DNA of 64,000 bases from a virus. Below the pieces are notes generated by a model. It saw only the letters and a program-made list of their open reading frames with translations, had not been told where the DNA came from and did not search any database. Below are positions 1 through 9,657 of this stretch, piece by piece. The position numbers were made by a program, and so were the translations under genes. How positions within the stretch are numbered: the first letter of the stretch is position 1; each line of letters begins with the position of its first letter. The stretch covers positions 27,553 to 91,552 of IMG/VR virus record IMGVR_UViG_3300042445_000748; one strand, given 5' to 3'.

Positions 1-1311
1 CTTTACTTCTGATAGGTTTACTGGACCTTCTACTTTAGGTTCCCACCAAACCACTGCATCCACAACAACAATAGGAGCAACCTGTTCGTAATCTTTAATT
101 ACCTGAACGTTAACCCATTTCTCCACGTGAGCAATGGCTACAGCACACTTGTCATGCTTTTGTGCTAAGTCAGCATGAACATAGTAGGTCTTATCTGGAT
201 CAGGCTTAAAGGCTTCATCAAATCTTTTAAAATTATCTATAGGGTTTCTACCAGTCATACAGGCTCTAACTTTTTCTACCTGCTTAAAAAACGCATCTGA
301 TGAATAGGTTGGGACGCATGCAAAACGCATCATTGCATCCCCAAGATCTGTATAAAAGGCTAACTTAAAGTCATCAATCTTCCTGGTCGGATTAACTTCC
401 CATGTTGGTCTTTTTAATGCAAATACTCCAGGATACTTATATGAAACAATCTCATCTTCTTCCCACGAAATATCAAATGTATTTCCTACTTCATCTTCTG
501 GTAGTGCTGGATTTAAAATAAACTTATGATTTTTTTCAATAACATCTTTTTCTAAAACAACATCATCATATCTTTGAGATATAAAATCTCCCACATACCT
601 TGGAAAAGATAACAATACAACCTTACCTAAATCTGGAAAGCGAGAATCTACTGAACCACGAAATGCTTTATAAATATTTTCTGCAGTTTTTCCTTGTTCA
701 TTTCCTGTGCCAACTTCAGAAACAAAACCAGAAATCTCATCAAGCACTGCAAGCAAAAGATTTAAGCCCTCATGTGACTCTCTTTCTGAATGTCCAGAAT
801 AAACTGTAATAGATTTATTAAACTCTACGCTATCTGCCTTTGCATAAAACTTTCCTATAAACCATGGAGACTTTTCAATCTTAGTTTTAAAACCTTTAAA
901 GAAAACGTTCTTAGCCTGCTGTGCGTTAATAGCAACGTTAATTAAATCAATAGCGTCTCCTGATGGTTTACCAAAATATTTAGCGGGATCTTTTAAACAA
1001 AGTAACTTATAAACAATATAAGCACAAGCAACTGTAGAAGTAAAATCTTTACCACTACCTTTACCTAACTGAAGAATGATTTCATTTTTAGTGTACTTGT
1101 TATAATATTCTGTACCTTCTTTTTCACCCAATAATTCTATCAAATCTTCTTTTCTATAAATCTGGCTCATAGCCTCAACTATGTCATACTGAATTTTAGA
1201 TAGTGCGGGTTGTCCTAAGTAATCTTCATGTTCAATAAATGTTTTAGCATCTACTGGGATTTCTTCAAATGGATTATCTTTTAATACTTCTAAAAAGTCA
1301 TCAAACATCAT
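1..1311 (-). CDS. terL: Terminase large subunit (C-terminal end runs off the window)
   Basis: Not in the ORF track because it has no stop in the window. Manual translation from the ATG at 1311 gives MMFDDFLEVLKDNPFEE...EIILQLGKGSGKDFTS (Walker A)...LLLAVLDEISGF (Walker B), with YYVHADLAQKHD (RNase H-like nuclease start) near the edge. Confidence 0.9.
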   Translation of the reverse strand, partial: MMFDDFLEVLKDNPFEEIPVDAKTFIEHEDYLGQPALSKIQYDIVEAMSQIYRKEDLIELLGEKEGTEYYNKYTKNEIILQLGKGSGKDFTSTVACAYIVYKLLCLKDPAKYFGKPSGDAIDLINVAINAQQAKNVFFKGFKTKIEKSPWFIGKFYAKADSVEFNKSITVYSGHSERESHEGLNLLLAVLDEISGFVSEVGTGNEQGKTAENIYKAFRGSVDSRFPDLGKVVLLSFPRYVGDFISQRYDDVVLEKDVIEKNHKFILNPALPEDEVGNTFDISWEEDEIVSYKYPGVFALKRPTWEVNPTRKIDDFKLAFYTDLGDAMMRFACVPTYSSDAFFKQVEKVRACMTGRNPIDNFKRFDEAFKPDPDKTYYVHADLAQKHDKCAVAIAHVEKWVNVQVIKDYEQVAPIVVVDAVVWWEPKVEGPVNLSEVK

Positions 1312-1834
1312 GGACAACTGTAACCACTTCGCTTTCCCTAGCAATAGTTGAAAGTCGTCTCATGATTTCATCACGAACCTGTGGATACTCAGAAGCAACA
1401 TCTTTTAATATGTTCATAAGCACTTCTTGTTTTCTTTCTATTTGTACCATTTCTTCTGCCAGTTCTTTATTTTCTAAAAGCCCTGCTTTTTGTAACATAT
1501 CAATTCTTCTAGATTCAATATCTAAGACTAACTTAATTCCTTGACTCTTAGCATTTAAGTTAGCACTTGTTGTTGCATCCTCAATAACTTCATAAGCCTT
1601 TGTTATTAACTTGCTGTAATGAGTATCTGCTGCAACCAATGCCTCTTTTGCTCGTGCACGAATTGCATCATTAGCGGAAGCCATAACTTTCCACTCATTA
1701 ATTAAACTAACCACTTGTTGTCTTGGTATTGCAAGTTGTTTAGATATTCTTGTAGGATCATTTCCCTTTAAATATTCTTCAACAACTTTGTTTACCTGAT
1801 CTAAATGTTGCACCAAATCTTGCTCAGTTGACAT
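1301..1834 (-). CDS. Putative terminase small subunit / HTH protein
   Basis: N-terminal HTH-like segment (PTRISKQLAIPRQQV) plus coiled coil. It overlaps the terL start; the function is inferred from position. Confidence 0.55.
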   Translation of the reverse strand: MSTEQDLVQHLDQVNKVVEEYLKGNDPTRISKQLAIPRQQVVSLINEWKVMASANDAIRARAKEALVAADTHYSKLITKAYEVIEDATTSANLNAKSQGIKLVLDIESRRIDMLQKAGLLENKELAEEMVQIERKQEVLMNILKDVASEYPQVRDEIMRRLSTIARESEVVTVVHDV

Positions 1835-2795
1835 TATTTACCTTCTTGCGTAAATCATATAACATGTTTGCCCATACATAATGAAACGCTGTGCCGTAAT
1901 GTCTACCATCTCTTGCTACCATTGTAAACTTATCGTCTTTATGGCTATTGCTATATTCAAAAACTTCTTGTTCAATCTTTGCCAATTCTTCTGGACCAGT
2001 GGTGCTATAGTAATTATTTAAGTTACATAATTCTAAAAATGCATCAGTGCCTCTGACGTATGAAAATATATATAACTCTATATTGTGTGATTTGCAATAT
2101 ACTTCTAAAAACATCAAATACTGATATGTATATATTGCTAAGGTATGAACAAACATAGATACAGTGGTTTCTCTTTTTACTAAAGAATGTCTATAATTTT
2201 CATTTAGTGCATAGAATAATTCTTGAGGACCCATAGGCTTATCAAGTTCATGACTGTTGTCTGAGTTTAATGCATAGAATCTATTTAGATCTGGTAAATC
2301 TAAAAATATAATATCTGGATTGCCATAACTATCTATATACTTAAATGTGCTTGCTACTATATCAAATATACTTTTTCCAGGTGTACCTATATTGTAGTAT
2401 CCAGAAACCTTTTCATCTTTTGCAATTAACTGATGCAATAGGTATGACCATGTTTCTTTAGTATAAAGTCCTTGTCCGTAAGTAACAGAACAACCATTAA
2501 ATAAAATATGTTTTCCATCGTGATCTTTTTTAAACTCATCTGATCTGTATCCTTGTTTATTAGGAACATACTCATCTTGTGGAAAATCAATCCATAACTG
2601 AGTATTGTCAAGTTTCTTTGCGTCTTTATATAGACCCTCTATTAGATTGTTCCACCCAGTTAACTGTCTGGCAAATGGTAACTCTACCTTTTCATTTTGC
2701 AATAAAACTTTATGACTTTGTTTAGCAGTTTTAGTAAATTGTACATTAAGTGTTTCATATAAATTTACAGGTGCTACTTCTGGATTTTCATTCAT
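1824..2795 (-). CDS. SGNH/GDSL-hydrolase-like protein
   Basis: Block I-like FNGCSVTYG, an NIGTPGKS block and a C-terminal DGRH (DxxH). Confidence 0.55.
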   Translation of the reverse strand: MNENPEVAPVNLYETLNVQFTKTAKQSHKVLLQNEKVELPFARQLTGWNNLIEGLYKDAKKLDNTQLWIDFPQDEYVPNKQGYRSDEFKKDHDGKHILFNGCSVTYGQGLYTKETWSYLLHQLIAKDEKVSGYYNIGTPGKSIFDIVASTFKYIDSYGNPDIIFLDLPDLNRFYALNSDNSHELDKPMGPQELFYALNENYRHSLVKRETTVSMFVHTLAIYTYQYLMFLEVYCKSHNIELYIFSYVRGTDAFLELCNLNNYYSTTGPEELAKIEQEVFEYSNSHKDDKFTMVARDGRHYGTAFHYVWANMLYDLRKKVNNVN

Positions 2796-3075
2796 TGTTA
2801 CTCTCCTTAGTATTATTATAAACTTTTGAAACTTTTAATAGTATTAAATATCCTATTAAATCATCCAAATCATTATCTCCATAAAACTCAGAACCTCTAG
2901 ATATTCTAGACAGTTTATCGTCAATTCTTATCTTTATCTGTTCGTCTGAATTTGCTTTAGAGAATATTCTAATTGGATCAAGTGCAGAATCACCATATGA
3001 TTTATTTTTTTCAATAAGCATATCTTTTATATTATTACAAACATTAGCAATTGTATGTTGAGTTGAAGTGTTCAT
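2788..3075 (-). CDS. DUF1599-like (nucleotide-modification-associated, MazG-like helical) protein
   Basis: KNKSYGDS...IRIDDKLSRI...DDLIGYLIL pattern. Confidence 0.6.
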   Translation of the reverse strand: MNTSTQHTIANVCNNIKDMLIEKNKSYGDSALDPIRIFSKANSDEQIKIRIDDKLSRISRGSEFYGDNDLDDLIGYLILLKVSKVYNNTKESNNE

Positions 3076-3230
3076 CTTTTTGATTTCCTTAATCCAAACT
3101 TAGCCAAGTAAACGTATATTGTTTCAACACTACATCCACACTCCTTGGCAATTTCTTCTGGTGATTTTCTATCCATAAGATATCTCTTACGCATAAAAAC
3201 TTCGCTACTATACATTTTACCAGAAGCCAT
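3072..3230 (-). CDS. Small HTH DNA-binding protein
   Basis: SPEEIAKECGCSVETIYVYLAKFGL HTH. Start moved to the ATG at 3230 (MASGKMY) to avoid overlapping the upstream gene. Confidence 0.7.
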   Translation of the reverse strand: MASGKMYSSEVFMRKRYLMDRKSPEEIAKECGCSVETIYVYLAKFGLRKSKR

Positions 3231-3231
3231 A

Positions 3232-3876
3232 CTATTGATCATCCTCTGTATCAATAATATCATAGTTATAGGAGTTAGAGTCTTCTGTAATCCATTTGCT
3301 GTACCCTTCGACATCCCAAGCATTTGTATTGATCAATCTATCAATTACTAATGATTTTTTAGTAACAAATGATGGCTCGTATAAACGAACCCTATTATTT
3401 GGCTGTATAGCAAAATTTCCATCATCGCGTTGAATAACGTGTCCACATTTGTGCTGACCTGGATTTTCAGAGTATCCATCATCTAGTATATTGCTATCTG
3501 GACTGTGCCAGTCTAAAGTAAACAAGTATTTTCCAAATATATTTTGTTTAGTTCTGTCTAAATAAGACATCTTCATATTACTTAAATTTTCAAACTTAGT
3601 TACTGATATATGTGAACTAAAAGAATTCCAAAGAACTAAATTATGCAATGGTTGTTCTGGAGTGTTTGGCTTAGTGCAGAAAGCATTAATTGGCATTCTC
3701 CACCAAAGCCCACCGTCTTCCATTAAGAAGTGAAACAACGGACTTCTTGACTTTACACTTGACACACCAAAAATGACTACAGGAAAATACTTATCATGAG
3801 AGTCTTGCTGATCTCTTAAAAAATTGCCTCTAACATAACATTCTATTGGTGGAATGTTTGCATTTAATTCTGGCAC
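3232..3876 (-). CDS. Hypothetical phage protein
   Basis: 214-aa ORF translationally coupled to its neighbours; no recognised motif. Confidence 0.75.
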   Translation of the reverse strand: MPELNANIPPIECYVRGNFLRDQQDSHDKYFPVVIFGVSSVKSRSPLFHFLMEDGGLWWRMPINAFCTKPNTPEQPLHNLVLWNSFSSHISVTKFENLSNMKMSYLDRTKQNIFGKYLFTLDWHSPDSNILDDGYSENPGQHKCGHVIQRDDGNFAIQPNNRVRLYEPSFVTKKSLVIDRLINTNAWDVEGYSKWITEDSNSYNYDIIDTEDDQ

Positions 3877-4463
3877 TATTCTTCAATCCTCATGGCCTTG
3901 TTCCAATTATTAATGGCCCAATGACCTATTGCACAGGCATCGGCAACATCGTTATCACTTATATTTTTATCATATATGGTATTAACAAACCTTATAGTTC
4001 TTTCTTTTCTTAAGTTTCTTTCATATGTTTTATACCAAGACTCTGATCTACCAGGGTTTTGAGTTGCTATTAATACTCTTTCTTCTTTTGATATCTTCTT
4101 ATTACCTATAAAGTTTTGCCAGGTAATTGGTGATACTGATCCTATTGTTGATACCCCGCAAACTTTTAAGGCACCTATAATGGCACCCTGTACAAGGGCT
4201 AGATCTGCAGCAGTTTTTGGACTATTCATAAATACTGTATGCTCTATAACAACAGCATCTATATCATAAAGATCAAATAGTGCCTGAGTCTTTATGCAAG
4301 CATCCCCAACCTTTTCATATGTTGTATTACCAGTAAAATTAATCTTTCCAAAAAAACTAAGTTGTTTATTATTATAAACAGAAAAAGCCAAACTATTTGT
4401 GCTTGCATCTATTGCACAGATATTATTAGGCATAATCTCTAGGCCCCACTTATTCTTTGTCAT
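3876..4463 (-). CDS. ruvC: RuvC-like Holliday junction resolvase
   Basis: Catalytic pattern AIDASTNS...VVIEHT...DNDVADACAIG. Confidence 0.8.
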   Translation of the reverse strand: MTKNKWGLEIMPNNICAIDASTNSLAFSVYNNKQLSFFGKINFTGNTTYEKVGDACIKTQALFDLYDIDAVVIEHTVFMNSPKTAADLALVQGAIIGALKVCGVSTIGSVSPITWQNFIGNKKISKEERVLIATQNPGRSESWYKTYERNLRKERTIRFVNTIYDKNISDNDVADACAIGHWAINNWNKAMRIEE

Positions 4464-4737
4464 TAATAATAATCCTCATTTTCTTTAAAGCCTTAACAAC
4501 TTCTACTGGATTAATTAAACAAAAAGTACATATTGGTTCATCATTATATATTGACAAATCATTACCACAATTTTTGCACTTTCTAGTCTTACCAATTCTT
4601 TTTTGTCTACGTGAAATAAGATATCTTTCAGCAATTTTTTCTTTAGTTGCAGACTCTCTGCATTCTTCAGAACAATATATCTGATATGTTACTTTTGCTT
4701 TAAATTTGTTTTCACACCATTTACAGTTCTTCACCAA
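4450..4737 (-). CDS. Cys-rich zinc-finger protein
   Basis: CKWC, YCSEEC, CKNC and CTFC motifs. Confidence 0.7.
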   Translation of the reverse strand: MVKNCKWCENKFKAKVTYQIYCSEECRESATKEKIAERYLISRRQKRIGKTRKCKNCGNDLSIYNDEPICTFCLINPVEVVKALKKMRIIINDKE

Positions 4738-5560
4738 GGTTCTCCAAGGAATCTATTTTAATAGTTCCCGCCTCTGCTTCAGAACATGCTTTTTGAATTG
4801 GACATCTTGCACAAATTTTTGAGTTAGATCTATAATTCCTTTTAGGAATAGTTTGATCAACCCATGCTTTGCGAACTGTTCTCATCCAATCAAATGCCTG
4901 GTTAACCCACCTGCGGTAATGATCGTTTAGTTCAATAGGAAGTGTAAGCAATTCATGATTATTTTTATTTTCATAAATCAATACACCCTTATCTTTTTTA
5001 AATACTTTCATATAAATAAGAACTTGTTTTAAATGATCCATCTTTGGTTTTCTATGCATTTTTCTATATTCAAAACCTTCATTTGGCACAGTTTTAATTT
5101 CGCCAACAATGTCAGTTCCGTTGTAATGCAACATAGCGTCTGCAAATCCATTGATAGGAGGATCTTCAGATCTTACAGCCAACTCCATTGCTGGATGTAT
5201 TTGTTTATTATACTTTCTTGGCTCTGGATCCATTTCTAAATCTTCAGCAAGAACACCAGATTTTAATAAAGCATCTTGAATTCTACCGTGACTTAGATTA
5301 CCACCTGTTCTATTAGCAACACCGTAAGCATCTGCGTTATCTTCCCACACAGTTCCTTCAAAGGCTAGGTACCAAAATCTTGCACACTCGCCATGGTTCC
5401 ATACTATTGTTGATGGAGAGAAACTATATTTTTTTGCATACTTAGGTTTTAAGTTTGCAGTATATCCTTTTTCAATTGATTCAATTAGACCTTTAGTAAA
5501 GTCTACATCGCCATTGTGTATTTCTTTTTTAATCATAACTTGCTGTAATAAATTTTTCAT
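4721..5560 (-). CDS. Cas4-like / PD-(D/E)XK exonuclease
   Basis: N-terminal Cys (ECAR), GFADAM...GEIKT, a QVLIYM motif and a C-terminal CARCPIQKAC Fe-S cluster motif. Confidence 0.8.
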   Translation of the reverse strand: MKNLLQQVMIKKEIHNGDVDFTKGLIESIEKGYTANLKPKYAKKYSFSPSTIVWNHGECARFWYLAFEGTVWEDNADAYGVANRTGGNLSHGRIQDALLKSGVLAEDLEMDPEPRKYNKQIHPAMELAVRSEDPPINGFADAMLHYNGTDIVGEIKTVPNEGFEYRKMHRKPKMDHLKQVLIYMKVFKKDKGVLIYENKNNHELLTLPIELNDHYRRWVNQAFDWMRTVRKAWVDQTIPKRNYRSNSKICARCPIQKACSEAEAGTIKIDSLENLGEEL

Positions 5561-5588
5561 GTTTGTCCTTTTAATATAGTATAGCAGA

Positions 5589-5900
5589 CTATCGCGTAAT
5601 GTACTTAAGTGCAGAAACTAAATCATTAATTGACTCTGCAGCAGTATAATATATATTCTTTTTTGCTCTATCGTTTTTATCAACATTGGTCATCCAAGTT
5701 GCTTTAAAGGACATCTTTGCTGCAATTGCTTGCAGTCTAACTATTTCTATAGTTGCAACGTTCATTGGTATATCTGGCTTAATAATAACTTTTGCAATAA
5801 ATGTTAAGGCTGTAGTTAATTCTTCATCTTGCATATACTCTGCTATTTCAGCAAGACCATTAACCATCTCTATTGTTGTTTTACCATTCTCAGTTTCCAA
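5589..5900 (-). CDS. Hypothetical phage protein
   Basis: ORF track gives 5589..5924; a TTG at 5900 follows a GGAGG Shine-Dalgarno and is the likelier start. Helical protein. Confidence 0.65.
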   Translation of the reverse strand: METENGKTTIEMVNGLAEIAEYMQDEELTTALTFIAKVIIKPDIPMNVATIEIVRLQAIAAKMSFKATWMTNVDKNDRAKKNIYYTAAESINDLVSALKYITR

Positions 5901-6666
5901 GACCAAAACCTCCATTTTTTTCATCTGGTATTCCTATTTTTCTTCCTTCTTCATGATACTGTGTCCAACTTTTTTGAAATCTTGGATGTTGATTTAACTC
6001 AGTAATATATTTTTGTCTTAGTTCAGGGTGATGTTGATTATCTATTGGGTTTTCATCTCCTAAAAATCTATAATTATCTGGAGGACAATAATCAAAACTA
6101 ACTATCTCAACATATTCTCCAGGCTTCCAGTGTCTCTTAGGTCTCCAATGAACCTGATTAACTGCACTAAACACCATAGCGTCACCGTTTTTAAGATCAT
6201 AATGTTCACCATCAATAACTAATTGCCAGTCATCAACGTTGCCACCAATTTGATAATTAAAAGTAACTAGGTTCTCATCAGCATCAATATGTGGCGGAAG
6301 CGATGGTGCATACTTTCCGTCTCCATACTGCATATCATATTTAATATAATTGTAGTGACATAGTTTTATTTCTTCTTTATATACTGGTTTTGCATACGAG
6401 TCCATAATATCTTCTATTTCTTTTGGACATTCAAATTCGATTAACTCTCTAGACATGATTGTAATTTTTTTAGGATAAAACCTATTCATGGCTGATATAG
6501 TTGCATCATCTGATTCAATTAAATCATCTACTACAATGTTTCTATTTTCTTCAATAGTGCTTCTTAATAAATATGCCTCTTGTTGTGTAAATGGTTTTTC
6601 AATATAAAATGGAAGTTTTTTATTATACTTATTAAAATCAGTTAAAAAATTATGCATTTTTGTCAC
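5890..6666 (-). CDS. 2OG-Fe(II) oxygenase-like protein (array member 5)
   Basis: LPPHIDA (HxD)...NQVHWRP (distal His + Arg); paralogous to four neighbours. Confidence 0.7.
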   Translation of the reverse strand: MTKMHNFLTDFNKYNKKLPFYIEKPFTQQEAYLLRSTIEENRNIVVDDLIESDDATISAMNRFYPKKITIMSRELIEFECPKEIEDIMDSYAKPVYKEEIKLCHYNYIKYDMQYGDGKYAPSLPPHIDADENLVTFNYQIGGNVDDWQLVIDGEHYDLKNGDAMVFSAVNQVHWRPKRHWKPGEYVEIVSFDYCPPDNYRFLGDENPIDNQHHPELRQKYITELNQHPRFQKSWTQYHEEGRKIGIPDEKNGGFGLGN

Positions 6667-7301
6667 TAGTAAGAACCCTCTACTGGGTTTTCACTAATAC
6701 CAGAAGTTGACTTCCAAATATCATGTTGATATTTTCTTCTATTTGATATTTCTTCTTTTTCTTCTTTGGAAACCATATTGTTAAATTTAGGAATAAAGTG
6801 TAAGAATAATGCTTCTAAAAACTCTTCATCGGCAAATTCTTTTTTAGGTCTCCAGTGAACTTGATGTGTTCCAGAAAATGTTAGTGCTTGGTTATCTTTT
6901 AATGTAAAGGCTTTTTCATCTTTCCAGTTATCAACAACTATGTCCCAGAGAACATTAGATTTTAACTGTACATCTACAGTAAATCTTCTACCAGTAAACG
7001 CATCATCAGTATGTGGAAAAAGCAATGGATTAAATAAAAATTTCTTACAATCTGATATTGTTTTTTGATATCTTGAAAAATTATACTCTGCTAACACTAA
7101 TTCTTCACCAACAATGTCTTCTGCATATTGAGTAACCCTATCTATAATGTCTTGTGGTAATTCAATGTGCCAACTTGTATAACTTAGGTATTGTTGAAAA
7201 TCTGTACGATTGGTCTTACTAACAATATTGTATAGTCTATTTATTTGGTCTTGCGTAAAAAAATTTTCTATTATTACGTTAGGAGCATCTTTATAGTTCA
7301 T
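6666..7301 (-). CDS. 2OG-Fe(II) oxygenase-like protein (array member 4)
   Basis: LFPHTDD...HQVHWRP. Confidence 0.7.
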   Translation of the reverse strand: MNYKDAPNVIIENFFTQDQINRLYNIVSKTNRTDFQQYLSYTSWHIELPQDIIDRVTQYAEDIVGEELVLAEYNFSRYQKTISDCKKFLFNPLLFPHTDDAFTGRRFTVDVQLKSNVLWDIVVDNWKDEKAFTLKDNQALTFSGTHQVHWRPKKEFADEEFLEALFLHFIPKFNNMVSKEEKEEISNRRKYQHDIWKSTSGISENPVEGSY

Positions 7302-7953
7302 TTTTTTCCTTTGAGTTTAATGGTACTGGTTGTCTTTCAATTCCAGTTTTTTCTCTAAACCTATGAGACCAATATTCTAAAATTAATTTTTGATCTTTAC
7401 CCCAAGGCCTATTGTCTGCATATTTAAAATGAGCAAACAGCATATCTACTTTATCGTCATCAGATAAAGTTTTGTTTTCTCTCCAGTGTACCTGTTGGGT
7501 TCCAGCAAAAACAAGTCCATCATTATTATCTAAAACAAAAGACTCCCCTTCTACTACGATTGCCCAGGGAGTTGTTGTATTAAGTTGTATATCAAGAGTT
7601 ATTCTTTGTCCGTCTTGATCATGGGTATCGAAGTGTGGAAATAACTTTGGCTTATATCCATACTCATTAGAGTATCTTGCAAAAGATAACTCACCTAAAA
7701 TCATTTGTTCACCAAGTAGATTGCTTATCCAAACAGTTAAATATTTTTCTAACTCTGAATTGTGAATCATCCAGGCTTTATGTCCAGCAAAATCTTGAAC
7801 TAAAAATTCAATGTTTGATTCATTTATTTGACTGTAAATGATATCTTTATATTGATCAGTTATTATATTTTTATAAATATAAACCCCAAAATCTCTATCT
7901 GGAACAATCCCTTTTTCTAACTCTTCATTATATATTGCTGGATCAAACGGCAT
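7291..7953 (-). CDS. 2OG-Fe(II) oxygenase-like protein (array member 3)
   Basis: LFPHFDT...QQVHWRE. Confidence 0.7.
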   Translation of the reverse strand: MPFDPAIYNEELEKGIVPDRDFGVYIYKNIITDQYKDIIYSQINESNIEFLVQDFAGHKAWMIHNSELEKYLTVWISNLLGEQMILGELSFARYSNEYGYKPKLFPHFDTHDQDGQRITLDIQLNTTTPWAIVVEGESFVLDNNDGLVFAGTQQVHWRENKTLSDDDKVDMLFAHFKYADNRPWGKDQKLILEYWSHRFREKTGIERQPVPLNSKEKNEL

Positions 7954-7956
7954 AGT

Positions 7957-8664
7957 CTACTCTCTTCCTTGAAAAAAAACTTCATTTGCTCTTTCAATCC
8001 ACTCATTTTTAAGTGGCCATTCCGACATACTTTTATCTAACTCTACTACTCCAAATTCAATACCACTTTCTTTTTGATAAAATCTTTCCCAATATTCTAA
8101 TATTTCTTTTTGATTTGGACTTTGTTCTTTTTTATTTTTATATTTAAAGTGAGCAAAAACAGAAGCGTAGTAATCATCTTTTTTAAACTCTATTTCGTCT
8201 CTCCAATGTATTTGCTGAGTTCCAGAAAATATAACCCCTTCATTTTTATTACATTTATATCTTTTATTTTCTACAACAAGATCCCAATCTATATTAGCAT
8301 CTAACTGCACTGACATCGTTACTCTTTGACCGTCAGCACTATGATTGTCACAATGCGGATATAGTTTTGGCTTATATCCAAAGTTTGGTGTATATACACA
8401 CAGTTCTACTTCACTAGCGATAACTTCTTCGCCAAGTTCATCACTAACAACTTTTTCTAATCTATCAAAAATTTCTTTATAACTCAATCCCCATTTTCTT
8501 TGACCAGCATATCCAACTGATTGATAATAATGCTCAAATTTTTTAAAATGATGTTTAATTGTATCTAAATGATATTCTTCAAAAACATCTTTAACTGTAG
8601 ACACTCTAAAGTCCTTATTATCTACAAAGCCTTCTTTTAGTTGTTGATCAGATAATGCAATCAT
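7957..8664 (-). CDS. 2OG-Fe(II) oxygenase-like protein (array member 2)
   Basis: LYPHCDN...QQIHWRD. Confidence 0.7.
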   Translation of the reverse strand: MIALSDQQLKEGFVDNKDFRVSTVKDVFEEYHLDTIKHHFKKFEHYYQSVGYAGQRKWGLSYKEIFDRLEKVVSDELGEEVIASEVELCVYTPNFGYKPKLYPHCDNHSADGQRVTMSVQLDANIDWDLVVENKRYKCNKNEGVIFSGTQQIHWRDEIEFKKDDYYASVFAHFKYKNKKEQSPNQKEILEYWERFYQKESGIEFGVVELDKSMSEWPLKNEWIERANEVFFQGRE

Positions 8665-8665
8665 T

Positions 8666-9205
8666 TTATTCCCTATTCTTTGGTTTAGTAAAAAAGAAAA
8701 ATAACATTTTCACAAACTCTGAATCGTTAAATTTTTTATCTGGCCTTCCATGTAATTGTTTAAATGGTCTAAGAACTACGGCTTGATTATCTACCAATTG
8801 ATAATCAACATCGTCAACGGTTATTGCCCACTTTGTATTTGATGCTAACTGATAGTCAATTAAAGTTGTGTCATCTTTTACATCGTGATGCTTGTTTAAT
8901 CTTGGTGTTCCAAACCTTGTCTCGTAGTCAGCAAAGACAGTTCCTATATATTCACAATCTCCATAATTATCTTTTAGTACTCTTTTTAACTTTTCAATAA
9001 TATGTTCTGGTGTTGGAAGTATTTCTGCCATTATTCTTCCATTATTAAAATCTTTCATAACCACATCATCCTGATTGATCAATGTGTTATTTTCGTCATG
9101 CTTAATATCAACATGTGGTCTAATTTCTAATTCATGCTCTACCATTGCGATTAATTCTTCGCACTCTTCTTTGGTAAACAAATCATTCAATACTATATTT
9201 TCCAT
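8666..9205 (-). CDS. 2OG-Fe(II) oxygenase-like protein (array member 1)
   Basis: LNKHHDV...KQLHGRP. Confidence 0.65.
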   Translation of the reverse strand: MENIVLNDLFTKEECEELIAMVEHELEIRPHVDIKHDENNTLINQDDVVMKDFNNGRIMAEILPTPEHIIEKLKRVLKDNYGDCEYIGTVFADYETRFGTPRLNKHHDVKDDTTLIDYQLASNTKWAITVDDVDYQLVDNQAVVLRPFKQLHGRPDKKFNDSEFVKMLFFFFTKPKNRE

Positions 9206-9211
9206 AATACT

Positions 9212-9220
9212 ATTATACCC
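9212..9220 (-). promoter_or_regulatory. -10 promoter element for the oxygenase array (leaderless)
   Basis: GGGTATAAT on the minus strand ends 6 nt before the ATG at 9205. Confidence 0.6.
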
Positions 9221-9497
9221 TATCTGTTAATTGTTCTAATATATCCATCTCAATTATGGCTAATCTTGTTTTGTTATTACCCTGCCCTAAAACCACAACT
9301 ATTGCTGGATCCATGTTTTTCTTAAGAGCGTCTGTTACAGCCTTAGCCCAAACCTCTTTATTTAAAGTAAAAGACTTAGAAACTTCTTTAAAATCAATTA
9401 CAAAGTTATTCCAAGAAGCGTCCCCCTTTACAGTGTTTCTTCCTGAATTTTTGTGCTGCTTAGCACCTATTCTTTTACTTTCGCTCTTCTCGCTCAT
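9213..9497 (-). CDS. PD-(D/E)XK Holliday-junction-resolvase-like nuclease
   Basis: SG...KGDA...VIDFKE pattern of small Hjc-like resolvases. Confidence 0.6.
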   Translation of the reverse strand: MSEKSESKRIGAKQHKNSGRNTVKGDASWNNFVIDFKEVSKSFTLNKEVWAKAVTDALKKNMDPAIVVVLGQGNNKTRLAIIEMDILEQLTDRV

Positions 9498-9657
9498 AAT
9501 CCTTCTTTCTTTTATGTACCAGCGTTACTTTGCTCAAATGCTTTTCTTTGCACATCCACGTTAACTCTTTAGTCTCTGTGTAAGATCTTAAGGTTGCCAC
9601 TATAGCCTTGCAGGTATGACAAACAAACTTGCCATTATAAAGAGTATAGTTAGACAC
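9475..9657 (-). CDS. Small zinc-ribbon protein
   Basis: CHTC...WMCKEKH; overlaps both neighbours. Confidence 0.6.
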   Translation of the reverse strand: MSNYTLYNGKFVCHTCKAIVATLRSYTETKELTWMCKEKHLSKVTLVHKRKKDYEREERK

